From assembly GCA_043228905.1 (NCBI GenBank), contig JBHGNT010000006.1, positions 18,786,001 through 18,850,000 of the forward strand: 64,000 nucleotides of DNA, given 5' to 3'. This document shows positions 1-12,790 of this stretch, one piece after another; positions within the stretch are counted from its first letter, which is position 1, and each line of letters opens with the position of its first letter. This DNA comes from Azolla caroliniana (taxonomy: Eukaryota; Plantae; Polypodiophyta). Made by a program: the position numbers and the translations under genes. The notes below the pieces were generated by a model, which was given only the letters and a program-made list of their open reading frames with translations, searched no databases and had not been told where the DNA came from.

Positions 1-3000
1 ACTTTGCTTACTGGATAGCTTGCAGTTTGCCGAAAGTGTCGATCCAACCGGTTTCACATCTGACATGTTGAACCGGTGAAGCACCTTTGTCAGGTACTTC
101 TCCTGTGACAGGCATAATTGCTTCTTTGAGCGGTCCCGAATGATGTGCATCCCCAGCATCTGCCTTGCCGGACCCAAGTCTTTCATTGAGAAGGTCCGGT
201 TGAGAGCCTTCTTCAGCATCCGTATTTTTACTTGGTCTTGTCCGACGATCAACATGTCATCCACGTACACGAGGAGTATCAGGAAGTCCCCTCCTTCGAA
301 CTTCTTCACAAACACGCAATGATCGGCCTACGTCTTGTGGTACCCTTGATCGGTCATGAAGGAGTCGAACTTCCGGTACCATTGCCGGGGAGCCTGCTTC
401 AGTCCGTACAGGCTCTTCTCCAACCGGCATACCAGGTGCTCCTTCCCTTTCTCCACAAATCCTTCCGGTTGCTTCATATAGATCTCCTCTTCGAGGTCGC
501 CGTGAAGGAATGTCGTCTTCACGTCAAGCTGCTATACCTCGAGGTCCATGCTTGCTGCTATACTCAGCACCGTCCGGATGGAGGTCATCTTTACTCCCGG
601 GGAAAATATCTCGTCGAAGTCCACGCCCTTCTTCTGCTGGAACCCCTTCACCACGATCCTGGCTTTGTATCTCGAGGGGTTGCCGGCATCTCCCAGTTTC
701 AACTTGTACACCCACTTGTTTCGGAGTGCCCGCTTTCCTTTCGGCAACTCCACCAATTCGTACGTATGGTTCTCATGCAAGGAATCCATCTCCTCCTGCA
801 TGGCACTTAACCATTTTCGGCTGTGGGTGTCTTCCTTCACTTCTTCGAAGCTTTCCGGCTCCCCCTCATCGGTCAGCAGAACATGCTCTGCATCCGGAAA
901 TGTCCGGGGCGCCCTTCTCTCTCTGAGAGGATATCTACGTCTTCGGGCTTCGGTAACCGGCTCCTCCATTTGCTCTTCATCCGAATCCGATTCGGGGTCT
1001 TGGCCGGTTCCGGTCTCAGCTTCCTCTACTTCTTCATCTGCCGGTTCGGTATACTCACCGTAACCGGCTGGTTCCTCGAGTGCTAACCGATCTCTTGCCG
1101 GTTGGGTCTGCTCATCGTAGAGTCTATCCTTACCGGTCGACTCGGAGTTCATTATCTTCTTCTCCGACTCCCAGTCGGCGAGCGTCTTGTCCTCCATGAA
1201 GATAATATCTCGACTCCGGAATACCTTCTTGTCGACCGGGTCCCACACTCGGTAGCCGAACTCATCGTCACCGTAACCGAGGAATATGCATGGCCGGGTC
1301 TTTGGATCTAGCTTTCCTCTCCGGTCCTTAGCTACATGCACGTACGCGAGACACCCGAACACCTTCAGATGCCGGTAGGATACTTCCTTACCGGTCCACA
1401 CTCTCTGTGGCGTGTCTCCGTCCAAGGGTACAGAGGGTGATCTATTTATCACGTATGTCGCCGTCGACAGTGCCTCAGCCCAAAACTTCTTGGGTAGTTT
1501 TGCATGCGCTAGCATACTCCTTTCGAGCCGGAGTCCTTTCGAGCGGCAGTACTCCTCGAACTGCCCCCGGTACTCTCCTCCGTTATCTGCTCGAACCGCC
1601 TTCAGCTTCCGGTCGGTTTCTCTTTCCACTCTCGCGTGGAGCTCTTTGAAGACGGATAACACCTGATCCTTTGTCTTCAACGGTGTGGCCCACAGCTTCC
1701 GGTTGTGGTCATCTATGAACGTCACGAAGTACTGCGATCCGGCATGTGACTTCGTGTCTACTTGACACACATCCGTATGCACCAACTCCAGTGGTGCATT
1801 ACGTCTCATCAGTGGCCTTGGTCGGAAGGAGGTCCGGTTCTGCTTACCGGCCAGACAATCAATGCACTTCTCTAACTGCACGTTCTTCATAGGAATGAGG
1901 TTGTCGTCTGTAAGCCTCTTCATCCCCTTCTCGCTCATATGACACAGCCTCTTGTGCCACAGCTCACCGGCAGTGTCGGATGCCACGTTCACTTCTTCCG
2001 GACATAACCGGCCATTTATCAGGTACAACGTGTTTACCTTCCGAGCCCGAGCCACAATCAGGCTCCCTTTGCTGAACTTCATGACACCGTTCCGGATGCT
2101 ACCCGTGTAGCCTTCATCATCTAGTCGACTGGCTGATATCAGGTTCAGACGAACCTCCGGAACGTGTCGGACATCCTTCAGCAGCAACTTGCATCCGGTT
2201 GGTGTTGACAACCACACGTCTCCTATGCCGATAATTCGGCATGTACCTTCATTCCCCATCCGGACACAACCGTGGTCACCGGCTGAGTAGGATGAGAAGC
2301 ATTTCCGGTCCGGGGTAAGGTGGAACGACGCTCCGGAGTCTACCACCCAGGTCATCTCGTCGCCGGCAAGGTTTATCTCACTCTCCTCGGTGATGAGCAT
2401 CAACTCCTCTTCACTTGCCGCGATTGCCGTCGTTCCCTTCCGGTCCGGCCCCCTCCGGTCTTTACCGTTCCGGTCCGGGGTTTGCTTCGAATCGGTACCG
2501 TCGGTTTCCTTGTCTTTACGGAAATGCCGAAAGTTCTTTTGGAAGTGTCCCGACTTGCCGCAATAGAAGCAAGTAGGCCTCCCCCTTGACTTTGACCGTG
2601 TCCCCGACTTCTCCCGGTTCTGGGGACTACGGTTTCTATGTCTTCCGCGTTCCGATTCGGTAAGAAGCGCTTTGGAGTCGGAGCTCGTATCTTTGTCTTT
2701 CCCACGCGCCTCCTCATCTAGCAAGCTCGACTTTACTCTTGCTAGGGATAACCGTTTTCCTTCCGGCCCGGCGTTGCCCAAAGTGACAACCAACGTCTCC
2801 CAGCTATCCGGGAGGGAACCAAGCAAGAGTAGCACTAGTACCTCATTGGTAAGAGGTACTTCCAATGACGTTGCCTGGTGTATCAGCCCCTAGAAGGCAT
2901 TCATATGCTCCGCCATGCTGGAGCCATCTTGGTACCGGAGTCTTACTAGCTTCCGGAATACCGAAACCTGATTAACAGCATTTTTGTTTTGAAACATTAT

Positions 3001-3263
3001 GCCGATCTTCTCCCATAGCTCATGAGCCTTGCTCTCTTCATTAAAGTTGTTGTACAGGCTCATGTCGATGAAGCACCGTATGTACGCCGTTGTCTTCATG
3101 TGCATCACCTCCCATATCGCGGCGTCGATTTTGTCCGGTCTCTTGTCCCCGAACTGAACCGGCAGCCAGAGGTCTTTAACAACGAGCATGTCCCTCATCT
3201 TCGACTTCCATACTGAATAGTTGGAGCCGGTGAGCTTGAACATGCCGCCAAATGATTCGTCCA
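1..3263 (-). pseudogene. copia gag-pol polyprotein with premature stops and an integrase deletion
   Basis: ORFs 2890-3390, 532-2865 and 328-522 are in one frame, separated by single TAG codons; last Cys of the zinc knuckle is Phe (CFYCGKSGHFQKNF). Confidence 0.93.
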
Positions 3264-3294
3264 TTTTCCGTGTCAATTTCGCTCTGATACCACT

Positions 3295-4089
3295 TGACAG
3301 GAACTCAACGCTCCTTATGCACAAAGCTCGGCCACAACCGAGATTCTTTTCATACACAGAAAACAGGAAATGAAAAAAAACACGACTCAAAGGAGAGGAA
3401 GGTACACAGGAGGTTTACGTGGAAAACCCAAAGAGGGAAAAACCACGGCAGCCCACAGGCTGCAAACTGTCACTATGTGGGAATGTACAACAGTGAGTTC
3501 ACTGAGGCAACGACCTCGTGCACACAGATCTTCGCCACAGGCGGCGGTTACAACAGAGGCAACGACCTCTTTCTCTCTCTCTCTCTCTGTGTACACTATT
3601 ACGTGCTCTCTCTTCTTCTTGCACCAACAGGGAAAAATGACAACAACAACAGTTACTAAAAGTTTTCCCTAAGTCATATTTATACTAATATGACTTTTCG
3701 GCTATTTACAAATGTAGCCTCGATGGGCTCTCAGAAACATATTTACGAATATGTCTCTTCATCCGGTTCTCACCGGGTCTGTACCATCCGGCTCTCCGTA
3801 GCCGGGTACTCCTCATCCAGTTCATACCGGGCCTGCACCATCCGGCTCTCTGTAGCCGAGTACTCCTCATCCGGTTCATACCGGGCCTGCACCATTCGGC
3901 TCTCCATAGCCAGGTACTCCTCATCCGGTTCATACCGGGTCTGCACCATCCGGCTCTCCGTAGCCGAGTACTCCTCATCTGGTTCATACCGGGCCTGCAC
4001 CATCCGGCTCTTCGTAGCCGGGTACTCCTCATCCGGTTCATCGGCACTGTTCTTCTTCCTTCCCATCCGGAGGGACCTGTTTCCCAACA
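3295..4089 (-). repeat. 5' LTR of copia A (795 bp)
   Basis: TG..CA ends (minus strand TGTTGGG...GTCA), adjacent to the PBS, homologous to the solo LTR at 44066-44763. Confidence 0.93.
3759..4040. repeat. 54-bp tandem repeat, 5 copies plus a partial copy, in LTR U3
   Basis: Unit TCATCCGGTTCATACCGGGTCTGCACCATCCGGCTCTCCGTAGCCGGGTACTCC repeated head to tail. Confidence 0.95.
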
Positions 4090-6698
4090 ATACCGTGGTC
4101 GGTCTTCCTCCCTCCTTTGTTCATTACGACGTGGGGGACGTTGTGTGTCCACGCTGCGTACTATGGACGTGGCTCTGTTCAACATATTGTACTCGCACTG
4201 CTCAATTGTGTGAGCTTTCGAGTCATAGATTGGACAGTGAATTCGCATGTTGCACTCCACTGCGGAATGCCCCGAATTCAAGCAAATCATGCATTGGATC
4301 GCTTGACGAAAATATCGTTCCTCGTCCTGAGGTAACGCTTGTCGTAATGAAGACATGGAAAACCTTTCCTCTTCTTTGTCCAGCTCGATATGTAGCGCTC
4401 TTTCTATGACCATATCGGTTGTTTCCCCTTTCACGCTATGGTTGTTGAGCGTTGTCTGTATGGGTCGGTGTAAGGCTGCCAGAAATGTCTCCCTGGCCTC
4501 GTCCTCCGTTGGGCCCCGTTCTAATTTCCGCCGTAGATTTTGGAAACGTAAGCTGAAATCCGCGATCGTCTCTGTCGGCAGTTGCTTAATTATGTAGAAC
4601 TGCCTGAGGATCTCGTGTTGTGGCACCCTTTGATAAAAGAACTGCAACTGGTCGAAGGTCATGATTGCTGGCAGATCCATCTGCGAATGCCAAAACGCCG
4701 CTCTCCCATCCAAGGTTAATACGAACTCCGTCATTTTGGACTGGTGTGCTACTCCTTCGGAAAGGCTTTGCTCTGCGCCATGTGGTTTGCATTCCAGACA
4801 TTTAGGAACAGTCGAATGTGGGTTGTGGCATCGGTTTCGCCATTGAAGCGGGGATAAGAAAAGGCTATGTTGGATGCTACGGCGGGTAGGGAAAGACCAC
4901 AGTGCTTATGTGGTGAACGCGCTTCCTGCGTGTCGCCGAGGTATATGGGGAGCGAGAAATCATCTTTGTGGTCCCGACAAGTATCACTCCGGTTGCTGAG
5001 GCAGGGTTGCTGCCGTGCGCGCTCCTCTGCCTAGTGTGTGATGGACCGTTGTCATGAAGTTTCCGGCACATAGTAAGAAACCAGGAGATATTGGAGTGAT
5101 CGGAGAGGTGTAATGTGTGCACCCATCTTTGTAAATTTGTATAGGGAATAGGGGTGCCAAACGGCAATAATTACGGGACAGAGAATCCCATGTATCGTGG
5201 GCTTATCCCACATTGCACGCGACCCTCACCTTGTTCTATAAAAGGGAGGGCGTGCCCTTTGTATAGGGGCTCCCATTTTCTTTTGGGTTCCATTCCCAAT
5301 TTTTCGCTTGGGTTCCAATTTTGCGTTTTCTCCCTTCAGGCTCTGTCCGGATTTGTATGCTTTAGGGTTCACAGAGTTCCCCTCTACGAGTTCCATTGTT
5401 GTTCCTATGTAATATAACACAACACTTTCTGTTCTACTTCTGTGTCTTCTTCCTTTCGTCTTCTTCTCTTTTCTCTGTTCCTGTTAGGGTTTTTGTGTGC
5501 CCTTTTTGAAGGTCTTCTGTTCTGTTGAAGATGTGAGTTCGTGCGCGTCTGTGTGTGTGTGTGTGCGGGTGTTAAGGTGTCTTCACTGACGTTCGTGGTG
5601 AACTGCGCACTCAGTTGTCTAGTAGCAAGCTCCCTCTTCTCTGGCATGCAAGACCCATAGGAGACGGCGAGTTGAACACTCCTGGTAGGCGGTTCGGTAG
5701 CAAGAGGTGGTCGTTCAGAAAAGGCGCGTCGAAGCCCGGGTGCTCCCCGACCGGTCCCGGGATGCAGGCTCCCTCTTTCCCTCTCTGTGCGGAACCGGCA
5801 TCGTGTGCGTGAGGCTGAGTTCTAACCAGTGCCGAAGAGCTGGTCAAAACCGGGTGTATATGTCTGCGTACGTGCGCACGGGCGCAGTTAACCGAGTTGT
5901 GATCTGTGCCTGTTTTGGGCCCTTGTACATATGAACCGAAGGGCAGTGAAGATGAGCGCGCATCTTCTCACTCCGTGGACGGTTATCGGTTGCAACCAAG
6001 AAGAAATCGGCAGTGCGGCAAGATCCCAAGGACTCAAGCCTCCGACAGCCTCCTCTCTCCTGGTCCATGACCCCAGTGGTCCCGCCTAGATCCGACATGC
6101 GAGCGCGGATTTCCGTGACACCGTGTGATTGGTCGGTCTTGTCGTGTTGGTTCTCGGGGTCGTCTGCGGCTAAACATCCATTCCTCGTTGTTCGTCTGTG
6201 TGGAGACACAGATCACCGGGCGTGCCAAAAGTGTCACCGATTAGGAACACGGTCTACGGTCAGTCCTTCGACCTAGACCTCAAAGTGATTGTGTTGCAAT
6301 GAATGGTGGCGTCGTAGCGTAATACTTAGTGGGATACCTCCCGTATCCTAGTAGCGTATAAGGGAGACAACTACAACCAAACTCCTTATACAGTGCACTA
6401 GCAACCATATTGTTACTCACGCCTACGCTCTTACGACTGCGTTACGCCACCAAGAATCACAAACACATAGTACATTAACCACAAATATGCACAGGGATCA
6501 GAGAAGATAGAACTTTATTAAGATACGCCTTTTACATTCAAAATTACACGCTACCTCTATCAGAGGATTTCTGCCCTTTATATACACAGGGTCTTTTTAG
6601 CCGTTCACGCTTCCCGCGTGAACCGTTTACATGCGTTACAATTTTACTATATTCTATATTTCTACGCTCTTGTCTGTCGGTTACTATTCCGGCAGACA
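4090..6698 (-). mobile_element. Non-chromovirus Ty3/gypsy element (Tat/Phygy-like), 5' part: LTR, PBS, leader and gag, interrupted by copia A
   Basis: LTR 6232-6698 (TGTC..GACA ends, minus-strand TATATAAA ~6580); PBS TGGCACGCCCGGTG (tRNA-Arg type) at 6214-6227; retrotransposon gag with two CCHC-like knuckles at 4090-4734. Confidence 0.85.
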
Positions 6699-7261
6699 TA
6701 AGCAGCACTCCGGGAACCCCTCCGCACGGTGTGCGTAGTGATTGATTTCCACACCAGCACGATCGACCAAGTCATAGACCAGGTCAGGGAGATGGAGAAA
6801 ACAAGCTCGTGGCTAACAATGGGGGCCCTCCAGCGTACATTACCGACAAAAGACGACTTACGTTTTCGGCAAGCCATACAATGTACGACTTCTCTCAATG
6901 ACGAGCACTCGACAATAGAATGTACTATGTGGACACAGTGCATGTTATGCCATTCCAGGGAGCACACAATGGACCGATGCGAATATAACTTGCTGAACCG
7001 ACAAGCGGCATCAGTGTCTGGTACAGCGATAGAAAAGACGCTAATGACCGAGACCGGAAGGATAGCTACCGAGATTACAACGGTGATCGATATGAGTGAT
7101 ACAACTGGGATCACTCCCCATGTTATAACCAACGGAGGGAGGATCAAGGCAATTATGAAAACCGGCCCCGACAAGGTTACCGGTGTCACGAAAATACGAT
7201 GAGGATACGTGAACTTGAGGCAGGACCCCGGGGCCTCCAACTGGAGGATATCAGATTCGTG

Positions 7262-8190
7262 CGTTTATATTAATAACAATTAATGGAAAGAAGAAATTTA
7301 ATAATTTTTCATTAGCAAAGGAAAAGAAATAACAATATGTCCCAAGATTGGGATTCATAAGTTTTAGATTTACTGAGATTAATAGAAAAGAAAAATTAGG
7401 GGTTTCGATGAGATATGGCTTCCGTATGGAAAATTAGGGTTTTTGAGTGTTATGGCTTCCATAGGGAAGATTAGGGTTTTTGAGTGTTATGGCTTCCATA
7501 GGGAAGATTAGGGTTTTTGAGTGTTATGGCTTTCGTAGGGAATTTAGGGTTTATGAGAGTTATGGATTCCCTAAGATAAGGGAGCTAAGAAGGAAAAGAA
7601 AAATAATATAATATGGAGAGAGTATGAGTGTAAAAAAAGAAAATGGAATTTTATATGGAGTTCCCAATTGATCATATGCATGTCCACTTTTTGTTGCATG
7701 GCCTCTACTTTTAGTTGCTTAGCTTTTTCTTTTAGTTGCATCTATTTTTAGTTGCATGGCTTTTTCTTTTAATTGCATGCGACCATCCACATGACCTTTA
7801 CTTTAGTTTTCTTCACTTCACTTTAATTAGCCACATGATCCTTTTAATCCGTTCGGTTTGCGTCCAACCTCATCCGATCGTCGGTTCCAATTTGCTTACC
7901 GGCCAGTTTCGGTTTTGCTTACCGGCCGGTTTCCGTTTTGCTTACCGGCCGGTTCCGATTTTTGGGAACTTGGCCACCATCATCCATCAAGATAAAGTGG
8001 CCAAAGTGCTCTTAGCACAAATGAAAATGAGGGTCTCAAGGTGCTTATATAGCTAGGGCCTTAAGTTTCCTATCTATGTGGGATAAATAATAGTTCTATT
8101 TTCCCTATCTTCTCAAACATCCATCTTCTATAACATGTCATAAAGCTAATATAAAGTACTTTTTTTATTTTTTTATTTTTTTACATAGTG
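7262..8190 (-). mobile_element. AT-rich insertion in gag; probably one end of a CACTA DNA transposon
   Basis: Right end TAGTG at 8186-8190 (CACTATGTAAAA on minus); internal ~37-bp TTAGGGTTTTTGAGTGTTATGGCTTCC repeats (~7397-7570) and GCTTACCGGCC repeats (~7894-7955); gag resumes at 8191; no left TIR or TSD found. Confidence 0.55.
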
Positions 8191-11100
8191 TGAGAAGATT
8201 CACACGACACCGAAACAAAAAACGCTTCAACAAAAAATGGAACGCTAGAAAGGAGGACCACCAATGGCAACCGAACAAGGGCACACCAAGTACCCAACCG
8301 GACCAAGGCCAAGCACCTAACCGACCACCAATAGGACCTCAACCGGGTACCAAAGCGAACACCGAATCCAACAACACCCGGAAAGCATACTACTACTATT
8401 GCCGGCAAGAAGGACATTAAAGTAATCAATGTTTGGTTAAAAGCTATGAGAAACGACCAACCGTAAACATGGTGGTAGTAGAAGTCGCCGACATACAACA
8501 AGTCACCACTAGGGCAAAAGGCAAATCAACAGAGTGGGAAACACAGGAGGCAATCCGAAGGCAAGCCACCGAGTGGGTGAAGAAGGCAAATGAGCGAAAT
8601 GTGGCTGAGCTTGAACATCAAAAGGAGAAACTTGAAGAGGCCACCGACACAATTCAGCCGGAAAACCCAACATGGCAAGCGTTACAAGAATGTCAAATTA
8701 CGTTGTTATTGGGTCGGTTATTACAGTTAGTGCCCTGGTTTACGGAAGGGATGAAATCAGGAATGACCACATCAAATCCGTTGCCGGCTCCTGTGTTCTT
8801 CGAAAATCCAGAAGAAGGGCCAGTAATGGTTGACACGAACAGTCCGACAATCACTGCCATCGTCAAAGGACGAGAACTACCAGGGACGATTGTGGACGGA
8901 GGATCGGACGTGAACGTGATTAGTCTACGAACTTGTAGAACCATGGGAATCCAAGAATGGGAGCCTTGCCCATTTTGGCTCCGGATGGCAGATACAAGTT
9001 CGGTCATACCTACCGGGTTGATACGAGATTTAGACGTAACTATCGGAGGACACACATTCTGCATCTCGGCAGTGGTTCTCTAGTTCAATGCACAAGGGGC
9101 TTACCCAGTGTTGTTGGGCTGCCCATGGCTAAAAACGGCGCATATCAAACAAAACTAGCGGAAAAACATGATTACCTTCCGGCGAGGAAAGGCTAAAGTA
9201 AGGGTACCTACCCACCCTCGATCGAGTACCGGCAAGGAGCTGACACCGCTATATGCGGAAGGTGTAAACATGCTCGAGGGGCTTGCTGACAAAGAGTTCG
9301 ACCAATACTTAGAAGAAAACCCAAAAATTGTACCCCTATTTGAAATCGATTTGGCCGAAGCAGTGTCACCATATATAACGCAATCGAATGATGTCAGTGA
9401 GGAATCGGATAGGGAAGCTATCAGAGAATTACGGCAAGCACATGAAACTCTGGAGAGGGAGATGGCGGTATCCCAACGCATGAAAGAATCCCAGTTAGAG
9501 GAAGTGAATTTAGGAACCGGGGACGACGCAAGACCGGTTCATATTGCTAAGAAAATGTCACCGGACAACAAGATGGCGATGATCACTTTATTAAAGGAAT
9601 TCCTAGACGTATTCGCCTGGTCCTATGAAGACATGCGGGGGTTGGATCCTCAGTTGTACCAACACCAGATACATCTCAATAAGGATGCCAAACCGGTAGC
9701 ACAACGGCGTTACCGGATGAACCCTAACTATGCAGCAAAGGTCAAAGAGGAAATTGACAAGTTGCTACGGGTTGGTTTTATCCGACCAGTGAAAAAAGCT
9801 ACATGGTTAAGTCCCATAGTCGTCGTGCTGAAAAAGAACGGTAAGATCCGGGTGTGCGTCGACTACTAGAAATTCAATGCAACAACAGTGATCAATGCCT
9901 TTCAACATCCATTTACAGATAGAGTCCTGGACGCGGTAGCGGTCATGAAGTGTATAGCTTCCTAGACGGTTTCAGCGGCAACAATCAAATAAGGATGCAC
10001 CGCGACGACCAACACAAGATGGCGTTTGTCACAGAACGGGCAGTCTTCGTTGCAGTGGTAATGATGTTCGGGCTCAAGACCGCGCCGGCGAACTTCCAAC
10101 GAATAATCATGGAAATATTTGGCAAGTTCATCCCGACATTCATGCATGTATTCTTGGATGACTTCGTCGTGTATAGCCGAGAAGGAGAACATATCCAACA
10201 CCGATGAACCGGGATGAGCGGAAGCGGTTAGCAATACAAAGCCGACATTTTTGTCTACTACAGGACACTCTATGCCACAAAGGCGCGGATGGCATATGGC
10301 GGCGAGCAATGCGAAGCGACGAAAAGGACACAATATTATGGGAAGCGCACGGTGGCGTTGCCAGAGGGCACTATGCCGGGGACGCTACGGCAAGAAAGAT
10401 ATGGCACAACGGGCTATGGTGGCCAACGACAATGAAGGACTCAGTTCGGTACGCGAAAGACTGTGATTTATGTCAACGGATGGGCCAACCGATAGAACAG
10501 GCAAGGATGCCTCACCAGCCGGTGCTACCCTTAGAGCCATTTCAAAAATGGGGGTTGGATTTCGTTGGGCCGTTTAAACTTCCCGCAATGAGAACCGGCA
10601 ACAGATATATTATATTTGCCACCGATTATTGCACCAAGTGGGTAGAAGCCAAGGCTTTGCGGGACAACACTACGGCATCAACGGCAAAGTTCTTATATGA
10701 GTACATCCGGTGCCGGTATGGATGCCCGATCAAGTTAATTAGCGACCAAGGCAAACATTTTCTCGGTCAAATAGTGGAGAGCTTAACAACATTCTATGCA
10801 GTGGTGCACAAGCGCAATACCCCTTATTATCCACAGGCCAATGGATTGGCCGAATCCACAAACAAAATGCTCCAAAACATCCTGCGAAAGATCGTCAATG
10901 AAAACCAAACCGATTGGGACACCGAGCTACATAGTGCACTATGGGCATACCGGACGACATACAAAACAAGTATCCAGTCAACGTCATTCTGGTTAACATT
11001 TGGGCTGGAAGCCATAATGCCGATCGAATTTCAGGTTCCGAGTTTGCGGATACAGGTTAGAGAACGACTAAGTGAAAAGGAATCGGAAAAATTCTGGTTA

Positions 11101-11727
11101 GCCACATTATGCGAACTCAAGGAGCATCGGATAGCGAGTCTCATGCAGTTGGAACTGGAGCAGCAACGAAGGAAGGCGTTTGTCGATCGGCACCGGAAGG
11201 GCAATGAGAAGATGTTCAGGATCGGCAAGCTGGTTCTCGTGTTCCAGACCCGGATGGGTCAGATGCCGGGAAAGCTACGGTTCCAGTGGACCGGACCGTA
11301 TTGGATAACGCGGGAATTCAACGGTTCATACCAGCTCAAAATGCTCGTCGGGAAGATAATGGGTAAATGGGTCAATGGGTTTCGACTCAAACCACATTGT
11401 GGACCTATGCCACAGACTCCGTTCGAGCAGACGGAGGCTGATGCAACAGTAGGAAGCAGGAAACAAGTACCTGATAATCAGACGGAGCAGGTGTTACCGG
11501 ATAACGACAAACAGGTGGCCGGCAAACGTGAATATGGGGAAAAACCGGGATATCGATCCGCTGTGTTCGGTTAACTAAAAACTTAACTCTCAAAAAAATA
11601 AAAAAGGTCATCATGCAGAGGCGAGGAGCGAACGGGCACTTTGAAAAGGTGTGGTGGGTGGCTAATTAAAGCCCCTTTAAAAAACGCACCACGTGTCAAT
11701 CGATTGCTATATTAGTACAAGGCGTGC

Positions 11728-12790
11728 ATGCGCGGGAATCAAGAAAAGGCGCTACGCATGGAGAAAGGAAACCTCCGCCACGCAGAGTTCCTCTCATTTC
11801 GCGAACACAGAGATCTCAACGCACACAGGCGATTACGAGTGATCAAGCGAGAGCAAGCAGAACACACTGGCACACCAATCTTACCACAACCTATCGACTC
11901 TGACAACAACATGGAATGCATGGTACTCTTAGAAGCGGCTAGGAAATGGCTAAAGCAACACAGTCTGGAGGAATTCTTGAGGATAGTCGAAGCACCGCCG
12001 CATGGAGATGCGGAAAATGTCGTCAAGGACATCGACACGGAGGTCATCACCGAGGAAGCCATCCGAGCCCTGGCCAACTTACCGGAAGGGGGAATATAGT
12101 CGATCGACAACCCTGTTGTGATCGGATGCGGAGAACCGGCGGAAGGACGGCGACGATTTCTATAAATTGGACAAGGAAAACATTGTTGCCATAAGGAAGG
12201 AATTGTCAGACGACTTCCTATCATTAGCCGGGGACCAATTGGCGGCGGTGAGGCGATTGGTGGAGTAGTTGGACGAGGACCAACTGGATATACAGCTCCA
12301 ACTCGAGCGGTATGAACGAGAATGACGACGGCAAGAAGTGGTTCGAAGAACTGCGCCGATCAATATCAGTGACGAAGAGCAGTCTTCGGTGCAGGTGCCA
12401 AATGAAGCCCGTACTAGGGCAAGCCAACCGTATGTAACTCCGGAGGAGCAACCGAACATAACTCCGGAGGACCAGCCGAAGGAAGGAAACCAGCACACCG
12501 AAAACCAGCAGCAGGAGGAGCCCAAACCAATAGAACCAGAACCGGAGAGACCAACGGCACCAGAGAGACCAGTGGAACCGGAGGGCCCAGTGGAGCTGAT
12601 GCACACCGGGCAGCAGCACCAGGAGACGCCAAGACCCATAGAGCCAGAAAAGGAGTAAGAGCCGGTCAAACCAACCGAGCCACAGAAAACCGAAGTCCAC
12701 CAAAGGCGGCCACAGCTGGAGCCGGAGTGACAACAAGAGCAACCACAACCGGGGCAACAGTAGGAGGAGGAACAACAGCAGCAACAGACG
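11728..12790 (+). pseudogene. Extra ORF downstream of gypsy pol, broken by stops/frameshifts; function unknown
   Basis: ORF pieces 11728-12099 and 12338-12658 lie between the integrase stop and the PPT; Glu/Pro/Gln-rich repeats. Confidence 0.55.

Larger units (their letters stand above)
1..4089 (-). mobile_element. Ty1/copia LTR retrotransposon (copia A); 3' part runs off the window start; defective
   Basis: 5' LTR 3295-4089; Met-i PBS TGGTATCAGAGC at 3281-3292; gag (MDESFGGMFKL..), protease (WVVDSGAS), GAG-pre-integrase, integrase, RT ([26 protein letters not shown]) in copia order; in-frame stops at ~2890, ~532 and ~328. Confidence 0.96.

Noticed and set aside
232-3216. Numerous plus-strand ORFs over copia A (likewise 34561-38013 over copia B)
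   Set aside because: Antisense shadows of GC-rich pol coding sequence with no independent motifs.
3759-4040. Regular repeats resembling a CRISPR array or a repeat-protein gene
   Set aside because: Units are head to tail with no unique spacers, lie inside an LTR, and no cas genes are present; the open frames follow from a stop-free 54-bp unit.
3706-4734. 342-aa ORF as a single gene
   Set aside because: Chimeric read-through from gypsy gag into the copia A LTR at 4089/4090.
7397-7570. Interstitial telomere
   Set aside because: TTAGGG occurs once per ~37-bp unit, not as a (TTTAGGG)n tract.
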